Part shown: positions 21,901-36,900 of the stretch, one piece after another
Layout of the letters: each line of letters opens with the position of its first letter
Numbering within the stretch: the first letter of the stretch is position 1
Source: Laetmonice hystrix
Lineage: Eukaryota
Assembly: GCA_965235115.1 (NCBI GenBank)
Contig: OZ249436.1
Location: 8,248,001 to 8,312,000, forward strand
DNA: 64,000 bases
Direction: 5' to 3'
The notes under the pieces: generated by a model
Told to the model about the DNA's origin: nothing
The model's database searches: none
What the model saw: the letters and a program-made list of their open reading frames with translations, nothing else
Program-made: the position numbers and the translations under genes

Positions 21901-24900
21901 CGAAACGTATGGCCTGCCTCCTGGACAATAAAGGCATGGAAACATGAAACATGAGGCGTCCCTATATTACTGGCTACTGTTGTATTCAAGCAAACGGTAC
22001 AGGGAGGACAAACAGTACAGTGAGGAATCGCTACAAGGTACTGGCTGGCCTAGCACCCAAGCGAACACTACAGTGAGGCCAAAGAGTACAGTTAGGCCAA
22101 ACAGCCAAGCAGTGTGGGCGGCCAACCAGTAGAGTGACAAGTCCCTACATCTTACCGACTTGCCCAGTAGCCATGCAAACACTACAGTGAGGTAGTGGAA
22201 ATGAAAGGTACAGGCGAGGACCATCTAATGTTAAAATCTGGAGAAGATACTCCAATGGGAAGTATACACATCACAACCATATATCTGTAGCGAACGTACG
22301 AGACCTATACGTTTGACAGTTATACATCTGGCCTAAGAATCATAACTTTAGGGGGCGTAGTTACAATTTGACGTATCAGAAATGTAGCCATTTTTTTCGC
22401 TTCTCATTGCTTTAACCTAAGAGCCACAGGTGCCCGCCAGCCCGGCCAGGTATACGTGGTGATTCCACCGGTAGCCGGAAGATGGCAGTGCAGTCGCCGC
22501 TTTCGCCGCCGCTTCAGTAGAGCTGCGCTGCACCCTGGTGTTTCTTGCCTGCAAGATCCCTGTACTCTTTCTTTGTTTGTTTCTTACTTGGGGATGGGAT
22601 ATCTGATATAGAAAAGGCGCACAACGTCATTTGCCATTGTTAACTAAGCCTTTACGGCAAACAGTCATTGGGACGACCTGACAACGTTGTCTCACGCTTA
22701 CAGATGGTCTGTAGGGGACACAGATTAGATGGGAGTAGATGCTAGACGAAACGTATGGCCTGCCTCCTGGACAATAAAGGCATGGAAACATGAAACATGA
22801 GGCGTCCCTATATTACTGGCTACTGTTGTATTCAAGCAAACGGTACAGGGAGGACAAACAGTATGTGAGGAATCGCTACAAGGTACTGGCTGGCCTAGCA
22901 CCCAAGCGAACACTACAGTGAGGCCACTACAGTCAGGCCAAACAGTACACTGTGAGGCCAAGCAGTGTGGGCGGCCAACCAGTAGAGTGACAAATCCCTA
23001 CATCTTACCGACTGGCCTAGGAGCCATGCAAACACTACAGTGAGGTAGTGGAAATGAAAGGTACAGGCGAGGACCATCTAATGTTAAAATCTGGAGAAGA
23101 TACTCCAATGGGAAGTATACACATCACAACCATCTGTAGCGAACGTACGAGACCTATACGTTTGACAGTTATACATCTGGCCTAAGAATCATAACTTTAG
23201 GGGGCGTAGTTACAATTTGACGTATCAGAAATGTAGCCATTTTTCGCTTCTCATTGCTTTAACCTAAGAGCCACAGGTGCCCGCCAGCCCGGCCAGGTAT
23301 ACGTGGTGATTCCATCGGTAGCCGGAAGATGGCAGTGCAGTCGCCGCTTTCGCCGCCGCTTCAGCAGAGCTGCGCTGCACCCTGGTGTTTCTTGCCTGCA
23401 AGATCTCTGTACTCTTTCTTTGTTTGTTTCTTACTTGAGGATGGGATATCTGATATAGAAAAGGCGTACAACGTCATTTGCCATTGTTAACTAAGCCTTT
23501 ACGGCAAACAGTCATTGGCACGAACTGACAACGTTGTCGCACGCTTACAGATGGTCTGTAGGGGACACAGATTAGATGGGAGTAGATGCTAGACGAAACG
23601 TATGGCCTGCCTCCTGGACAATAAAGGCATGGAAACATGAAACATGAGGCGTCCCTATATTACTGGCTACTGTTGTATTCAAGCAAACGGTACAGGGAGG
23701 ACAAACAGTACAGTGAGGAATCGCTACAAGGTACTGGCTGGCCTAGCACCCAAGCGAACACTACAGTGAGGCCAAAGAGTACAGTTAGGCCAAACAGCCA
23801 AGCAGTGTGGGCGGCCAACCAGTAGAGTGACAAGTCCCTACATCTTACCGACTGGCCTAGTAGCCATGCAAACACTACAGCGAGGTAGAAGAAATGAAAG
23901 CTACAGGCGAGGACCATCTAATGTTAAAATCTGGAGAAGATACTCCAATGGGAAGTATACACATCACAACCATATATCTGTAGCGAACGTACGAGACCTA
24001 TACGTTTGACAGTTATACATCTGGCCTAAGAATCATAACTTTAGGGGGCGTAGTTACAATTTGACGTATCAGAAATGTAGCCATTTTTTTCGCTTCTCAT
24101 TGCTTTAACCTAAGAGCCACAGGTGCCCGCCAGCCCGGCCAGGTATACGTGGTGATTCCACCGGTAGCCGGAAGATGGCAGTGCAGTCGCCGCTTTCGCC
24201 GCCGCTTCAGTAGAGCTGCGCTGCACCCTGGTGTTTCTTGCCTGCAAGATCCCTGTACTCTTTCTTTGTTTGTTTCTTACTTGGGGATGGGATATCTGAT
24301 ATAGAAAAGGCGTACAACGTCATTTGCCATTGTTAACTAAGCCTTTACGGCAAACAGTCATTGGGACGACCTGACAACGTTGTCTCACGCTTACAGATGG
24401 TCTGTAGGGGACACAGATTAGATGGGAGTAGATGCTAAACGAAACGTATGGCCTGCCTCCTGGACAATAAAGGCATGGAAACATGAAACATGAGGCGTCC
24501 CTATATTACTGGCTACTGTTGTATTCAAGCAAACGGTACAGGGAGGACAAACAGTAAAGTGAGGAATCGCTACAAGGTACTGGCTGGCCTAGCACCCAAG
24601 CGAACACTACAGTGAGGCCAAAGAGTACAGTCAGGCCAAACAGCCAAGCAGTGTGGGCGGCCAACCAGTATAGTGACAAGTCCCTACATCTTACCGACTG
24701 GCCTAGTAGCCATGCAAACACTACAGTGAGGTAGTGGAAATGAAAGGTACAGGCGAGGACCATCTAATGTTAAAATCTGGAGAAGATACTCCAATGGGAA
24801 GTATACACATCACAACCATATATCTGTAGCGAACGTACGAGACCTATACGTTTGACAGTTATACATCTGGCCTAAGAATCATAACTTTAGGGTGCGTAGT

Positions 24901-27900
24901 TACAATTTGACGTATCAGAAATGTAGCCATTTTTTCGCTTCTCATTGCTTTAACCTAACAGCCACAGGTGCCCGCCAGCCCGGCCAGGTATACGTGGTGA
25001 TTCCACCGGTAGCCGGAAGATGGCAGTGCAGTCGCCGCTTTCGCCGCCGCTTCAGTAGAGCTGCGCTGCACCCTGGTGTTTCTTGCCTGCAATATCCCTG
25101 TACTCTTTCTTTGTTTGTTTCTTACTTGGGGATGGGATATCTGATATAGAAAAGGCGTACAACGTCATTTGCCATTGTTAACTAAGCCTTTACGGCAAAC
25201 AGTCATTGGGACGACCTGACGACGTTGTCGCACGCTTACAGATGGTCTGTAGGGGACACAGATTAGATGGGAGTAGATGCTAGACGAAACGTATGGCCTG
25301 CCTCCTGGACAATAAAGGCATGGAAACATGAAACATGAGGCGTCCCTATATTACTGGCTACTGTTGTATTCAAGCAAACGGTACAGGGAGGACAAACAGT
25401 ACAGTGAGGAATCGCTACAAGGTACTGGCTGGCCTAGCACCCAAGCGAACACTACAGTGAGGCCAAAGAGTACAGTTAGGCCAAACAGCCAAGCAGTGTG
25501 GGCGGCCAACCGGTAGAGTGACAAGTCCCTCCATCTTACCGACTGGCCTAGTAGCCATGCAAACACTACAGTGAGGTAGTGGAAATGAAAGGTACAGGCG
25601 AGGACCATCTAATGTTAAAATCTGGAGAAGATACTCCAATGGGAAGTATACACATCACAACCATCTGTAGCGAACGTACGAGACCTATACGTTTGACAGT
25701 TATACATCTGGCCTAAGAATCATAACTTTAGGGGGCGTAGTTACAATTTGACGTATCAGAAATGTAGCCATTTTTCGCTTCTCATTGCTTTAACCTAACA
25801 GCCACAGGTGCCCGCCAGCCCGGCCAGGTATACGTGGTGATTCCATCGGTAGCCGGAAGATGGCAGTGCAGTCGCCGCTTTCGCCGCCGCTTCAGCAGAG
25901 CTGCGCTGCACCCTGGTGTTTCTTGCCTGCAAGATCTCTGTACTCTTTCTTTGTTTGTTTCTTACTTGAGGATGGGATATCTGATATAGAAAAGGCGTAC
26001 AACGTCATTTGCCATTGTTAACTAAGCCTTTACGGCAAACAGTCATTGGCACGAACTGACAACGTTGTCGCACGCTTACAGATGGTCTGTAGGGGACACA
26101 GATTAGATGGGAGTAGATGCTAGACGAAACGTATGGCCTGCCTCCTGGACAATAAAGGCATGGAAACATGAAACATGAGGCGTCCCTATATTACTGGCTA
26201 CTGTTGTATTCAAGCAAACGGTACAGGGAGGACAAACAGTACAGTGAGGAATCGCTACAAGGTACTGGCTGGCCTAGCACCCAAGCGAACACTACAGTGA
26301 GGCCAAAGAGTACAGTTAGGCCAAACAGCCAAGCAGTGTGGGCGGCCAACCAGTAGAGTGACAAGTCCCTACATCTTACCGACTGGCCTAGTAGCCATGC
26401 AAACACTACAGCGAGGTAGAAGAAATGAAAGCTACAGGCGAGGACCATCTAATGTTAAAATCTGGAGAAGATACTCCAATGGGAAGTATACACATCACAA
26501 CCATATATCTGTAGCGAACGTACGAGACCTATACGTTTGACAGTTATACATCTGGCCTAAGAATCATAACTTTAGGGTGCGTAGTTACAATTTGACGTAT
26601 CAGAAATGTAGCCATTTTTTCGCTTCTCATTGCTTTAACCTAACAGCCACAGGTGCCCGCCAGCCCGGCCAGGTATACGTGGTGATTCCACCGGTAGCCG
26701 GAAGATGGCAGTGCAGTCGCCGCTTTCGCCGCCGCTTCAGTAGAGCTGCGCTGCACCCTGGTGTTTCTTGCCTGCAATATCCCTGTACTCTTTCTTTGTT
26801 TGTTTCTTACTTGGGGATGGGATATCTGATATAGAAAAGGCGCACAACGTCATTTGCCATTGTTAACTAAGCCTTTACGGCAAACAGTCATTGGGACGAC
26901 CTGACAACGTTGTCTCACGCTTACAGATGGTCTGTAGGGGACACAGATTAGATGGGAGTAGATGCTAGAGGAAACGTATGGCCTGCCTCCTGGACAATAA
27001 AGGCATGGAAACATGAAACATGAGGCGTCCCTATATTACTGGCTACTGTTGTATTCAAGCAAACGGTACAGGGAGGACAAACAGTATGTGAGGAATCGCT
27101 ACAAGGTATTGGCTGGCCTAGCACCCAAGCGAACACTACAGTGAGGCCACTACAGTCAGGCCAAACAGTACACTGTGAGGCCAAGCAGTGTGGGCGGCCA
27201 ACCAGTAGAGTGACAAATCCCTACATCTTACCGACTGGCCTAGGAGCCATGCAAACACTACAGTGAGGTAGTGGAAATAAAAGGTACAGGCGAGGACCAT
27301 CTAATGTTAAAATCTGGAGAAGATACTCCAATGGGAAGTATACACATCACAACCATATATCTGTAGCGAACGTACGAGACCTATACGTTTGACAGTTATA
27401 CATCTGGCCTAAGAATCATAACTTTAGGGTGCGTAGTTACAATTTGACGTATCAGAAATGTAGCCATTTTTTCGCTTCTCATTGCTTTAACCTAACAGCC
27501 ACAGGTGCCCGCCAGCCCGGCCAGGTATACGTGGTGATTCCACCGGTAGCCGGAAGATGGCAGTGCAGTCGCCGCTTTCGCCGCCGCTTCAGTAGAGCTG
27601 CGCTGCACCCTGGTGTTTCTTGCCTGCAATATCCCTGTACTCTTTCTTTGTTTGTTTCTTACTTGGGGATGGGATATCTGATATAGAAAAGGCGTACAAC
27701 GTCATTTGCCATTGTTAACTAAGCCTTTACGGCAAACAGTCATTGGGACGACCTGACGACGTTGTCGCACGCTTACAGATGGTCTGTAGGGGACACAGAT
27801 TAGATGGGAGTAGATGCTAGACGAAACGTATGGCCTGCCTCCTGGACAATAAAGGCATGGAAACATGAAACATGAGGCGTCCCTATATTACTGGCTACTG

Positions 27901-30900
27901 TTGTATTCAAGCAAACGGTACAGGGAGGACAAACAGTACAGTGAGGAATCGCTACAAGGTACTGGCTGGCCTAGCACCCAAGCGAACACTACAGTGAGGC
28001 CAAAGAGTACAGTTAGGCCAAACAGCCAAGCAGTGTGGGCGGCCAACCAGTAGAGTGACAAGTCCCTACATCTTACCGACTTGCCCAGTAGCCATGCAAA
28101 CACTACAGTGAGGTAGTGGAAATGAAAGGTACAGGCGAGGACCATCTAATGTTAAAATCTGGAGAAGATACTCCAATGGGAAGTATACACATCACAACCA
28201 TATATCTGTAGCGAACGTACGAGACCTATACGTTTGACAGTTATACATCTGGCCTAAGAATCATAACTTTAGGGGGCGTAGTTACAATTTGACGTATCAG
28301 AAATGTAGCCATTTTTTTCGCTTCTCATTGCTTTAACCTAAGAGCCACAGGTGCCCGCCAGCCCGGCCAGGTATACGTGGTGATTCCACCGGTAGCCGGA
28401 AGATGGCAGTGCAGTCGCCGCTTTCGCCGCCGCTTCAGTAGAGCTGCGCTGCACCCTGGTGTTTCTTGCCTGCAAGATCCCTGTACTCTTTCTTTGTTTG
28501 TTTCTTACTTGGGGATGGGATATCTGATATAGAAAAGGCGCACAACGTCATTTGCCATTGTTAACTAAGCCTTTACGGCAAACAGTCATTGGGACGACCT
28601 GACAACGTTGTCTCACGCTTACAGATGGTCTGTAGGGGACACAGATTAGATGGGAGTAGATGCTAGACGAAACGTATGGCCTGCCTCCTGGACAATAAAG
28701 GCATGGAAACATGAAACATGAGGCGTCCCTATATTACTGGCTACTGTTGTATTCAAGCAAACGGTACAGGGAGGACAAACAGTATGTGAGGAATCGCTAC
28801 AAGGTACTGGCTGGCCTAGCACCCAAGCGAACACTACAGTGAGGCCACTACAGTCAGGCCAAACAGTACACTGTGAGGCCAAGCAGTGTGGGCGGCCAAC
28901 CAGTAGAGTGACAAATCCCTACATCTTACCGACTGGCCTAGGAGCCATGCAAACACTACAGTGAGGTAGTGGAAATGAAAGGTACAGGCGAGGACCATCT
29001 AATGTTAAAATCTGGAGAAGATACTCCAATGGGAAGTATACACATCACAACCATCTGTAGCGAACGTACGAGACCTATACGTTTGACAGTTATACATCTG
29101 GCCTAAGAATCATAACTTTAGGGGGCGTAGTTACAATTTGACGTATCAGAAATGTAGCCATTTTTCGCTTCTCATTGCTTTAACCTAAGAGCCACAGGTG
29201 CCCGCCAGCCCGGCCAGGTATACGTGGTGATTCCATCGGTAGCCGGAAGATGGCAGTGCAGTCGCCGCTTTCGCCGCCGCTTCAGCAGAGCTGCGCTGCA
29301 CCCTGGTGTTTCTTGCCTGCAAGATCTCTGTACTCTTTCTTTGTTTGTTTCTTACTTGAGGATGGGATATCTGATATAGAAAAGGCGTACAACGTCATTT
29401 GCCATTGTTAACTAAGCCTTTACGGCAAACAGTCATTGGCACGAACTGACAACGTTGTCGCACGCTTACAGATGGTCTGTAGGGGACACAGATTAGATGG
29501 GAGTAGATGCTAGACGAAACGTATGGCCTGCCTCCTGGACAATAAAGGCATGGAAACATGAAACATGAGGCGTCCCTATATTACTGGCTACTGTTGTATT
29601 CAAGCAAACGGTACAGGGAGGACAAACAGTACAGTGAGGAATCGCTACAAGGTACTGGCTGGCCTAGCACCCAAGCGAACACTACAGTGAGGCCAAAGAG
29701 TACAGTTAGGCCAAACAGCCAAGCAGTGTGGGCGGCCAACCAGTAGAGTGACAAGTCCCTACATCTTACCGACTGGCCTAGTAGCCATGCAAACACTACA
29801 GCGAGGTAGAAGAAATGAAAGCTACAGGCGAGGACCATCTAATGTTAAAATCTGGAGAAGATACTCCAATGGGAAGTATACACATCACAACCATATATCT
29901 GTAGCGAACGTACGAGACCTATACGTTTGACAGTTATACATCTGGCCTAAGAATCATAACTTTAGGGGGCGTAGTTACAATTTGACGTATCAGAAATGTA
30001 GCCATTTTTTTCGCTTCTCATTGCTTTAACCTAAGAGCCACAGGTGCCCGCCAGCCCGGCCAGGTATACGTGGTGATTCCACCGGTAGCCGGAAGATGGC
30101 AGTGCAGTCGCCGCTTTCGCCGCCGCTTCAGTAGAGCTGCGCTGCACCCTGGTGTTTCTTGCCTGCAAGATCCCTGTACTCTTTCTTTGTTTGTTTCTTA
30201 CTTGGGGATGGGATATCTGATATAGAAAAGGCGCACAACGTCATTTGCCATTGTTAACTAAGCCTTTACGGCAAACAGTCATTGGGACGACCTGACAACG
30301 TTGTCTCACGCTTACAGATGGTCTGTAGGGGACACAGATTAGATGGGAGTAGATGCTAGACGAAACGTATGGCCTGCCTCCTGGACAATAAAGGCATGGA
30401 AACATGAAACATGAGGCGTCCCTATATTACTGGCTACTGTTGTATTCAAGCAAACGGTACAGGGAGGACAAACAGTACAGTGAGGAATCGCTACAAGGTA
30501 CTGGCTGGCCTAGCACCCAAGCGAACACTACAGTGAGGCCAAAGAGTACAGTTAGGCCAAACAGCCAAGCAGTGTGGGCGGCCAACCGGTAGAGTGACAA
30601 GTCCCTCCATCTTACCGACTGGCCTAGTAGCCATGCAAACACTACAGTGAGGTAGTGGAAATGAAAGGTACAGGCGAGGACCATCTAATGTTAAAATCTG
30701 GAGAAGATACTCCAATGGGAAGTATACACATCACAACCATCTGTAGCGAACGTACGAGACCTATACGTTTGACAGTTATACATCTGGCCTAAGAATCATA
30801 ACTTTAGGGGGCGTAGTTACAATTTGACGTATCAGAAATGTAGCCATTTTTCGCTTCTCATTGCTTTAACCTAAGAGCCACAGGTGCCCGCCAGCCCGGC

Positions 30901-33900
30901 CAGGTATACGTGGTGATTCCATCGGTAGCCGGAAGATGGCAGTGCAGTCGCCGCTTTCGCCGCCGCTTCAGCAGAGCTGCGCTGCACCCTGGTGTTTCTT
31001 GCCTGCAAGATCTCTGTACTCTTTCTTTGTTTGTTTCTTACTTGAGGATGGGATATCTGATATAGAAAAGGCGTACAACGTCATTTGCCATTGTTAACTA
31101 AGCCTTTACGGCAAACAGTCATTGGCACGAACTGACAACGTTGTCGCACGCTTACAGATGGTCTGTAGGGGACACAGATTAGATGGGAGTAGATGCTAGA
31201 CGAAACGTATGGCCTGCCTCCTGGACAATAAAGGCATGGAAACATGAAACATGAGGCGTCCCTATATTACTGGCTACTGTTGTATTCAAGCAAACGGTAC
31301 AGGGAGGACAAACAGTACAGTGAGGAATCGCTACAAGGTACTGGCTGGCCTAGCACCCAAGCGAACACTACAGTGAGGCCAAAGAGTACAGTTAGGCCAA
31401 ACAGCCAAGCAGTGTGGGCGGCCAACCAGTAGAGTGACAAGTCCCTACATCTTACCGACTGGCCTAGTAGCCATGCAAACACTACAGCGAGGTAGAAGAA
31501 ATGAAAGCTACAGGCGAGGACCATCTAATGTTAAAATCTGGAGAAGATACTCCAATGGGAAGTATACACATCACAACCATATATCTGTAGCGAACGTACG
31601 AGACCTATACGTTTGACAGTTATACATCTGGCCTAAGAATCATAACTTTAGGGGGCGTAGTTACAATTTGACGTATCAGAAATGTAGCCATTTTTTTCGC
31701 TTCTCATTGCTTTAACCTAAGAGCCACAGGTGCCCGCCAGCCCGGCCAGGTATACGTGGTGATTCCACCGGTAGCCGGAAGATGGCAGTGCAGTCGCCGC
31801 TTTCGCCGCCGCTTCAGTAGAGCTGCGCTGCACCCTGGTGTTTCTTGCCTGCAAGATCCCTGTACTCTTTCTTTGTTTGTTTCTTACTTGGGGATGGGAT
31901 ATCTGATATAGAAAAGGCGCACAACGTTATTTGCCATTGTTAACTAAGCCTTTACGGCAAACAGTCATTGGGACGACCTGACAACGTTGTCTCACGCTTA
32001 CAGATGGTCTGTAGGGGACACAGATTAGATGGGAGTAGATGCTAGACGAAACGTATGGCCTGCCTCCTGGACAATAAAGGCATGGAAACATGAAACATGA
32101 GGCGTCCCTATATTACTGGCTACTGTTGTATTCAAGCAAACGGTACAGGGAGGACAAACAGTACAGTGAGGAATCGCTACAAGGTACTGGCTGGCCTAGC
32201 ACCCAAGCGAACACTACAGTGAGGCCAAAGAGTACAGTTAGGCCAAACAGCCAAGCAGTGTGGGCGGCCAACCGGTAGAGTGACAAGTCCCTCCATCTTA
32301 CCGACTGGCCTAGTAGCCATGCAAACACTACAGTGAGGTAGTGGAAATGAAAGGTACAGGCGAGGACCATCTAATGTTAAAATCTGGAGAAGATACTCCA
32401 ATGGGAAGTATACACATCACAACCATCTGTAGCGAACGTACGAGACCTATACGTTTGACAGTTATACATCTGGCCTAAGAATCATAACTTTAGGGGGCGT
32501 AGTTACAATTTGACGTATCAGAAATGTAGCCATTTTTCGCTTCTCATTGCTTTAACCTAAGAGCCACAGGTGCCCGCCAGCCCGGCCAGGTATACGTGGT
32601 GATTCCATCGGTAGCCGGAAGATGGCAGTGCAGTCGCCGCTTTCGCCGCCGCTTCAGCAGAGCTGCGCTGCACCCTGGTGTTTCTTGCCTGCAAGATCTC
32701 TGTACTCTTTCTTTGTTTGTTTCTTACTTGAGGATGGGATATCTGATATAGAAAAGGCGTACAACGTCATTTGCCATTGTTAACTAAGCCTTTACGGCAA
32801 ACAGTCATTGGCACGAACTGACAACGTTGTCGCACGCTTACAGATGGTCTGTAGGGGACACAGATTAGATGGGAGTAGATGCTAGACGAAACGTATGGCC
32901 TGCCTCCTGGACAATAAAGGCATGGAAACATGAAACATGAGGCGTCCCTATATTACTGGCTACTGTTGTATTCAAGCAAACGGTACAGGGAGGACAAACA
33001 GTACAGTGAGGAATCGCTACAAGGTACTGGCTGGCCTAGCACCCAAGCGAACACTACAGTGAGGCCAAAGAGTACAGTTAGGCCAAACAGCCAAGCAGTG
33101 TGGGCGGCCAACCAGTAGAGTGACAAGTCCCTACATCTTACCGACTGGCCTAGTAGCCATGCAAACACTACAGCGAGGTAGAAGAAATGAAAGCTACAGG
33201 CGAGGACCATCTAATGTTAAAATCTGGCGAAGATACTCCAATGGGAAGTATACACATCACAACCATATATCTGTAGCGAACGTACGAGACCTATACGTTT
33301 GACAGTTATACATCTGGCCTAAGAATCATAACTTTAGGGTGCGTAGTTACAATTTGACGTATCAGAAATGTAGCCATTTTTTCGCTTCTCATTGCTTTAA
33401 CCTAACAGCCACAGGTGCCCGCCAGCCCGGCCAGGTATACGTGGTGATTCCACCGGTAGCCGGAAGATGGCAGTGCAGTCGCCGCTTTCGCCGCCGCTTC
33501 AGTAGAGCTGCGCTGCACCCTGGTGTTTCTTGCCTGCAATATCCCTGTACTCTTTCTTTGTTTGTTTCTTACTTGGGGATGGGATATCTGATATAGAAAA
33601 GGCGTACAACGTCATTTGCCATTGTTAACTAAGCCTTTACGGCAAACAGTCATTGGGACGACCTGACGACGTTGTCGCACGCTTACAGATGGTCTGTAGG
33701 GGACACAGATTAGATGGGAGTAGATGCTAGACGAAACGTATGGCCTGCCTCCTGGACAATAAAGGCATGGAAACATGAAACATGAGGCGTCCCTATATTA
33801 CTGGCTACTGTTGTATTCAAGCAAACGGTACAGGGAGGACAAACAGTACAGTGAGGAATCGCTACAAGGTACTGGCTGGCCTAGCACCCAAGCGAACACT

Positions 33901-36900
33901 ACAGTGAGGCCAAAGAGTACAGTTAGGCCAAACAGCCAAGCAGTGTGGGCGGCCAACCAGTAGAGTGACAAGTCCCTACATCTTACCGACTGGCCTAGTA
34001 GCCATGCAAACACTACAGCGAGGTAGAAGAAATGAAAGCTACAGGCGAGGACCATCTAATGTTAAAATCTGGCGAAGATACTCCAATGGGAAGTATACAC
34101 ATCACAACCATATATCTGTAGCGAACGTACGAGACCTATACGTTTGACAGTTATACATCTGGCCTAAGAATCATAACTTTAGGGTGCGTAGTTACAATTT
34201 GACGTATCAGAAATGTAGCCATTTTTTCGCTTCTCATTGCTTTAACCTAACAGCCACAGGTGCCCGCCAGCCCGGCCAGGTATACGTGGTGATTCCACCG
34301 GTAGCCGGAAGATGGCAGTGCAGTCGCCGCTTTCGCCGCCGCTTCAGTAGAGCTGCGCTGCACCCTGGTGTTTCTTGCCTGCAATATCCCTGTACTCTTT
34401 CTTTGTTTGTTTCTTACTTGGGGATGGGATATCTGATATAGAAAAGGCGTACAACGTCATTTGCCATTGTTAACTAAGCCTTTACGGCAAACAGTCATTG
34501 GGACGACCTGACGACGTTGTCGCACGCTTACAGATGGTCTGTAGGGGACACAGATTAGATGGGAGTAGATGCTAGAGGAAACGTATGGCCTGCCTCCTGG
34601 ACAATAAAGGCATGGAAACATGAAACATGAGGCGTCCCTATATTACTGGCTACTGTTGTATTCAAGCAAACGGTACAGGGAGGACAAACAGTACAGTGAG
34701 GAATCGCTACAAGGTACTGGCTGGCCTAGCACCCAAGCGAACACTACAGTGAGGCCAAAGAGTACAGTTAGGCCAAACAGCCAAGCAGTGTGGGCGGCCA
34801 ACCAGTAGAGTGACAAGTCCCTACATCTTACCGACTTGCCCAGTAGCCATGCAAACACTACAGTGAGGTAGTGGAAATGAAAGGTACAGGCGAGGACCAT
34901 CTAATGTTAAAATCTGGAGAAGATACTCCAATGGGAAGTATACACATCACAACCATATATCTGTAGCGAACGTACGAGACCTATACGTTTGACAGTTATA
35001 CATCTGGCCTAAGAATCATAACTTTAGGGGGCGTAGTTACAATTTGACGTATCAGAAATGTAGCCATTTTTTTCGCTTCTCATTGCTTTAACCTAAGAGC
35101 CACAGGTGCCCGCCAGCCCGGCCAGGTATACGTGGTGATTCCACCGGTAGCCGGAAGATGGCAGTGCAGTCGCCGCTTTCGCCGCCGCTTCAGTAGAGCT
35201 GCGCTGCACCCTGGTGTTTCTTGCCTGCAAGATCCCTGTACTCTTTCTTTGTTTGTTTCTTACTTGGGGATGGGATATCTGATATAGAAAAGGCGCACAA
35301 CGTCATTTGCCATTGTTAACTAAGCCTTTACGGCAAACAGTCATTGGGACGACCTGACAACGTTGTCTCACGCTTACAGATGGTCTGTAGGGGACACAGA
35401 TTAGATGGGAGTAGATGCTAGAGGAAACGTATGGCCTGCCTCCTGGACAATAAAGGCATGGAAACATGAAACATGAGGCGTCCCTATATTACTGGCTACT
35501 GTTGTATTCAAGCAAACGGTACAGGGAGGACAAACAGTATGTGAGGAATCGCTACAAGGTATTGGCTGGCCTAGCACCCAAGCGAACACTACAGTGAGGC
35601 CACTACAGTCAGGCCAAACAGTACACTGTGAGGCCAAGCAGTGTGGGCGGCCAACCAGTAGAGTGACAAATCCCTACATCTTACCGACTGGCCTAGGAGC
35701 CATGCAAACACTACAGTGAGGTAGTGGAAATAAAAGGTACAGGCGAGGACCATCTAATGTTAAAATCTGGAGAAGATACTCCAATGGGAAGTATACACAT
35801 CACAACCATATATCTGTAGCGAACGTACGAGACCTATACGTTTGACAGTTATACATCTGGCCTAAGAATCATAACTTTAGGGTGCGTAGTTACAATTTGA
35901 CGTATCAGAAATGTAGCCATTTTTTCGCTTCTCATTGCTTTAACCTAACAGCCACAGGTGCCCGCCAGCCCGGCCAGGTATACGTGGTGATTCCACCGGT
36001 AGCCGGAAGATGGCAGTGCAGTCGCCGCTTTCGCCGCCGCTTCAGTAGAGCTGCGCTGCACCCTGGTGTTTCTTGCCTGCAATATCCCTGTACTCTTTCT
36101 TTGTTTGTTTCTTACTTGGGGATGGGATATCTGATATAGAAAAGGCGTACAACGTCATTTGCCATTGTTAACTAAGCCTTTACGGCAAACAGTCATTGGG
36201 ACGACCTGACGACGTTGTCGCACGCTTACAGATGGTCTGTAGGGGACACAGATTAGATGGGAGTAGATGCTAGACGAAACGTATGGCCTGCCTCCTGGAC
36301 AATAAAGGCATGGAAACATGAAACATGAGGCGTCCCTATATTACTGGCTACTGTTGTATTCAAGCAAACGGTACAGGGAGGACAAACAGTACAGTGAGGA
36401 ATCGCTACAAGGTACTGGCTGGCCTAGCACCCAAGCGAACACTACAGTGAGGCCAAAGAGTACAGTTAGGCCAAACAGCCAAGCAGTGTGGGCGGCCAAC
36501 CAGTAGAGTGACAAGTCCCTACATCTTACCGACTTGCCCAGTAGCCATGCAAACACTACAGTGAGGTAGTGGAAATGAAAGGTACAGGCGAGGACCATCT
36601 AATGTTAAAATCTGGAGAAGATACTCCAATGGGAAGTATACACATCACAACCATATATCTGTAGCGAACGTACGAGACCTATACGTTTGACAGTTATACA
36701 TCTGGCCTAAGAATCATAACTTTAGGGGGCGTAGTTACAATTTGACGTATCAGAAATGTAGCCATTTTTTTCGCTTCTCATTGCTTTAACCTAAGAGCCA
36801 CAGGTGCCCGCCAGCCCGGCCAGGTATACGTGGTGATTCCACCGGTAGCCGGAAGATGGCAGTGCAGTCGCCGCTTTCGCCGCCGCTTCAGTAGAGCTGC